From: Octopus bimaculoides
Lineage: Eukaryota
Reading direction: 5' to 3'
Assembly (NCBI RefSeq): GCF_001194135.2
Contig: NC_068983.1
Span: 10,554,438-10,606,086 of the forward strand
Length of the DNA: 51,649 bases
Below are positions 49,066 through 51,649 of the stretch, piece by piece. The notes beneath the pieces were generated by a model. It was not told where the DNA came from and searched no databases. It saw only the letters and a list, made by a program, of their open reading frames with translations. Numbering within the stretch: position 1 is the stretch's first letter; every line of letters begins with the position of its first letter. Made by a program: the position numbers and the translations under genes.

Positions 49066-51299
49066 AAGACCCAAACACTGACATCTGCTTGACTACATGA
49101 GTGTAGACCTCAAAGATGCCTACTCCCCTATGCAATTAGGGAGCTGAGTGTGGGACAGATTATTACATGATACTAACGAAGGTAAGAGTGTGAGTGTGCC
49201 CCCATTACAAGGTTCAAGAACAAAAAAGTTCAATAATTGCAATATTGACAGTTTCTGTATTTGAAAGGATTTTTGTCATGTTCTGTCAAATAGACGGTTT
49301 CAGAAGTACTAGTCACCCAAGTAGCAGGCCTGGGTGACAAATAGTTCTTTTTTAAGTTTCACATGCTATCAAGTTGCAGCTGAAATACTGAGGCTATTGG
49401 ATTTCTTATGAAAGAAAAAAAAAAAAAAATGACTAGGTGAAAACTCCTGAATGATATGCACAAGGCCCTACAGTGAAATGGCAGACATTTACTGAGTAAA
49501 CACTCTAAAAAAGCAGTGGCAAGCTTTTTAGGGTAAGGCTCAATCAGCTCTTTTTATCCTGAAATATGAATGATGGCAGGCAAAAACTTGAGAAATCCAG
49601 ATGGATGTTGTGAAGCATAACATGCACAGCTTCTATGAAACAGTAAAGACTAGGTCCCTAGGAACTGTTCTATGACACCAGGTATATTTGATGACATATA
49701 ACACACAGAATTTCCAAAAATAAGTCTAAAAAGAAAAGAAAAGTCAATCCAAGTCCTATATGTGAAGCTGCTTTAAATAGTACATGATCTAATGCACTAA
49801 AAACGTTTTTTTCTTGAATATGTGCTGCTTAAACTGGGGAGCCTCTAATTTGTCTGTGCACCTTTTATGCTATCAAATATAGTAAGTCACCACATCGCAC
49901 ATCTCTACAGAAAGGCAAATCAGTATTAGAATACTGGGGAATAAATCTTAACCAGCTTAAACCAGTGGATAGAGTGGTAAAGGAGGGATTTTATGAAATG
50001 TTTGATGAGCCAACCACCTTTCCTGAAGCTCTCATAACATAAAAAACAAGTATGATAATGGTGGTGGTGATGATGGTATCACCTGGACCAAACACTCCAG
50101 CGGAGTTCTTGAAGAAAAAAGTCATTATCTCTGCACAAGAATACCTCAAAGCTATATCATAGAAAGGTTCTAATTGATCTAATTAATTCAGGTACTTATT
50201 TTTAAGCCTGGTACATATTCTGTTGGATTCTCTTTTGCCAAACCACTCAGTTGACAACATTAATTGTGAAGCAGTGGAGGAGGAGGGTAAACAAACACAC
50301 ACACAAAATGGGCTTCCACACAATTTTCGTCTATCAAGCAGCATTGGCTGGTCTGGGTCTATACTAGAAGACAGTTACCCAAGGTACTGCACAATGGACT
50401 GAACCCCCACAACCAAGCAGTTGAATAACAAACTTCTTAACCACACAAGGGCCAAAAAATGTGATTTTATTTTTTTTATATAGTACACTCTGTAAAGTGG
50501 TTAGTGTTAGGAAGGGTGTCCAGCTGTAGAAACCATGCCAAAACAGGTAATGATGCCAAGTACAGCTCCCAGCCTTTTTCCAGCTCCTGTAAAACCATCC
50601 AACCCAGCATGGAAAACAGACATTAAATGATGATGATGATGATACATACACAGACATTTGTATGCACCCATGTGTGTGGTGCATGCGTATGTCTATTAAT
50701 TTTTTTTGTCCATTTGTTTTATGCTCATTTTTTCTTTCCATGTTAGCATAAGCTATTTGAATACATATGATTGGGGGGGAATTTTTTTTTTTTATACACA
50801 AATGCCCTTCTTTTTCTATGGCTCACTTGTCTTTCAAGTTAGAAAGTTTTCCTTCTGCTTGTCTTTGAAAGCACACAGCTACCTGACGACTTGCTGAGAG
50901 AAAGAAATGTCAACAAATCTCACCACCCATAGTTCAGCAAATTTTAGAAGAGGTGCAGAATGAAAAACATTCACCTAGATACATGCACAAACACACACAC
51001 ACACACACACTATTATCCTAAAGAATTTTAGTTGAACAAATCAACCCTACTACTTTTTGTTTTTAAGGCAGGTAATTATTTTAGTGGTAGCTTCTATCAA
51101 ATTGCTAAGTTACAGAGATATAAAAAAACAAAACATACCAACACCAGTTATGGGAATATAAACATGAAGATACACACATGCATGTGCATATATATGATGG
51201 GCTTCTTTCAGTTTACTTTACCCATATCCACTCACAAGGCTTTAGTTGGTCAGAGGGAATTATAAAAGACACTTGCCCAAGGTGCCACACAATAGAATG

Positions 51300-51515
51300 A
51301 AAGGCGAGCTGACAGAAACGTTAGCATGTCATGCGAAATGCTTAGCGGTATTTCGTCTGCCGTAACGTCCTGAGTTCAAATTCCGCCGAGGTCGACTTAG
51401 CCTTTCATCCTTTCGGGGTCGATAAATTAAGTACCAGTTATGCACTGGGGTCGATGTAATCGACTTGGTCCCTTTTTCTCTCCTTGTTTGTCCCCTTGTG
51501 GGCAGTAAAGAAATA
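51300..51515 (+). mobile_element. Young tRNA-like SINE (family D) with AGAATG TSD, inserted into a family A SINE
   Basis: ggcgagctgacagaaacgttag...gagttcaaattccgccgaggtcgacttagcctttcatcctttcggggtcgataaattaagtacc. AGAATG at 51294-51299 and 51516-51521. Degenerate copies near 1400, 2630, 4170, 13587, 16130, 19170, 29900, 31700 and three at 32330-32890. Confidence 0.88.
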
Positions 51516-51649
51516 AGAATGGAAATTTAATGTAACTCTACATAATAATAACTGATATTATTACAGATATATATATATATATATGTTACAGATATATATA
51601 TATATATATATATAAAAATATGTGACACTTATTCAGTAGCCATGATAAA

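Overview
AT-rich, repeat-dense eukaryotic genomic DNA with four N gaps. The SINE/LINE repertoire looks octopus/coleoid-like, which is an inference not confirmed by a search. One protein-coding gene is supportable: a cytosolic-type NAD kinase (NADK) on the minus strand. Seven GT-AG exons (26200-26329, 19435-19540, 15388-15473, 13869-13971, 9522-9616, 6705-6804, 5314-5471) join in phase into 259 uninterrupted codons carrying GGDGT, GSLGFL, NE, GDG and STPTGSTAY motifs. The C-terminal exons lie left of the window. A candidate first coding exon (MYLR) sits at about 31959-32100. The rest is at least four SINE-type families, RTE, Dong/R4 and CR1-like LINE remnants, mariner, hAT, piggyBac-like and Tc2/pogo-like MITEs, a pearl/DINE-like element, and microsatellites. 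I found no multi-gene novel system. The most unusual signals are RNA/DNA structural: (1) an RTE-LINE 3' UTR family (here called family B) carrying copy-specific tandem arrays of a hairpin plus H-type pseudoknot module with compensatory changes; (2) a TSD-flanked insertion forming a 140-bp-arm near-perfect palindrome in a NADK intron; (3) inverted family B copies flanking an in-frame 189-nt two-exon block, a circRNA candidate; (4) a filled/empty paralogous insertion-site pair.
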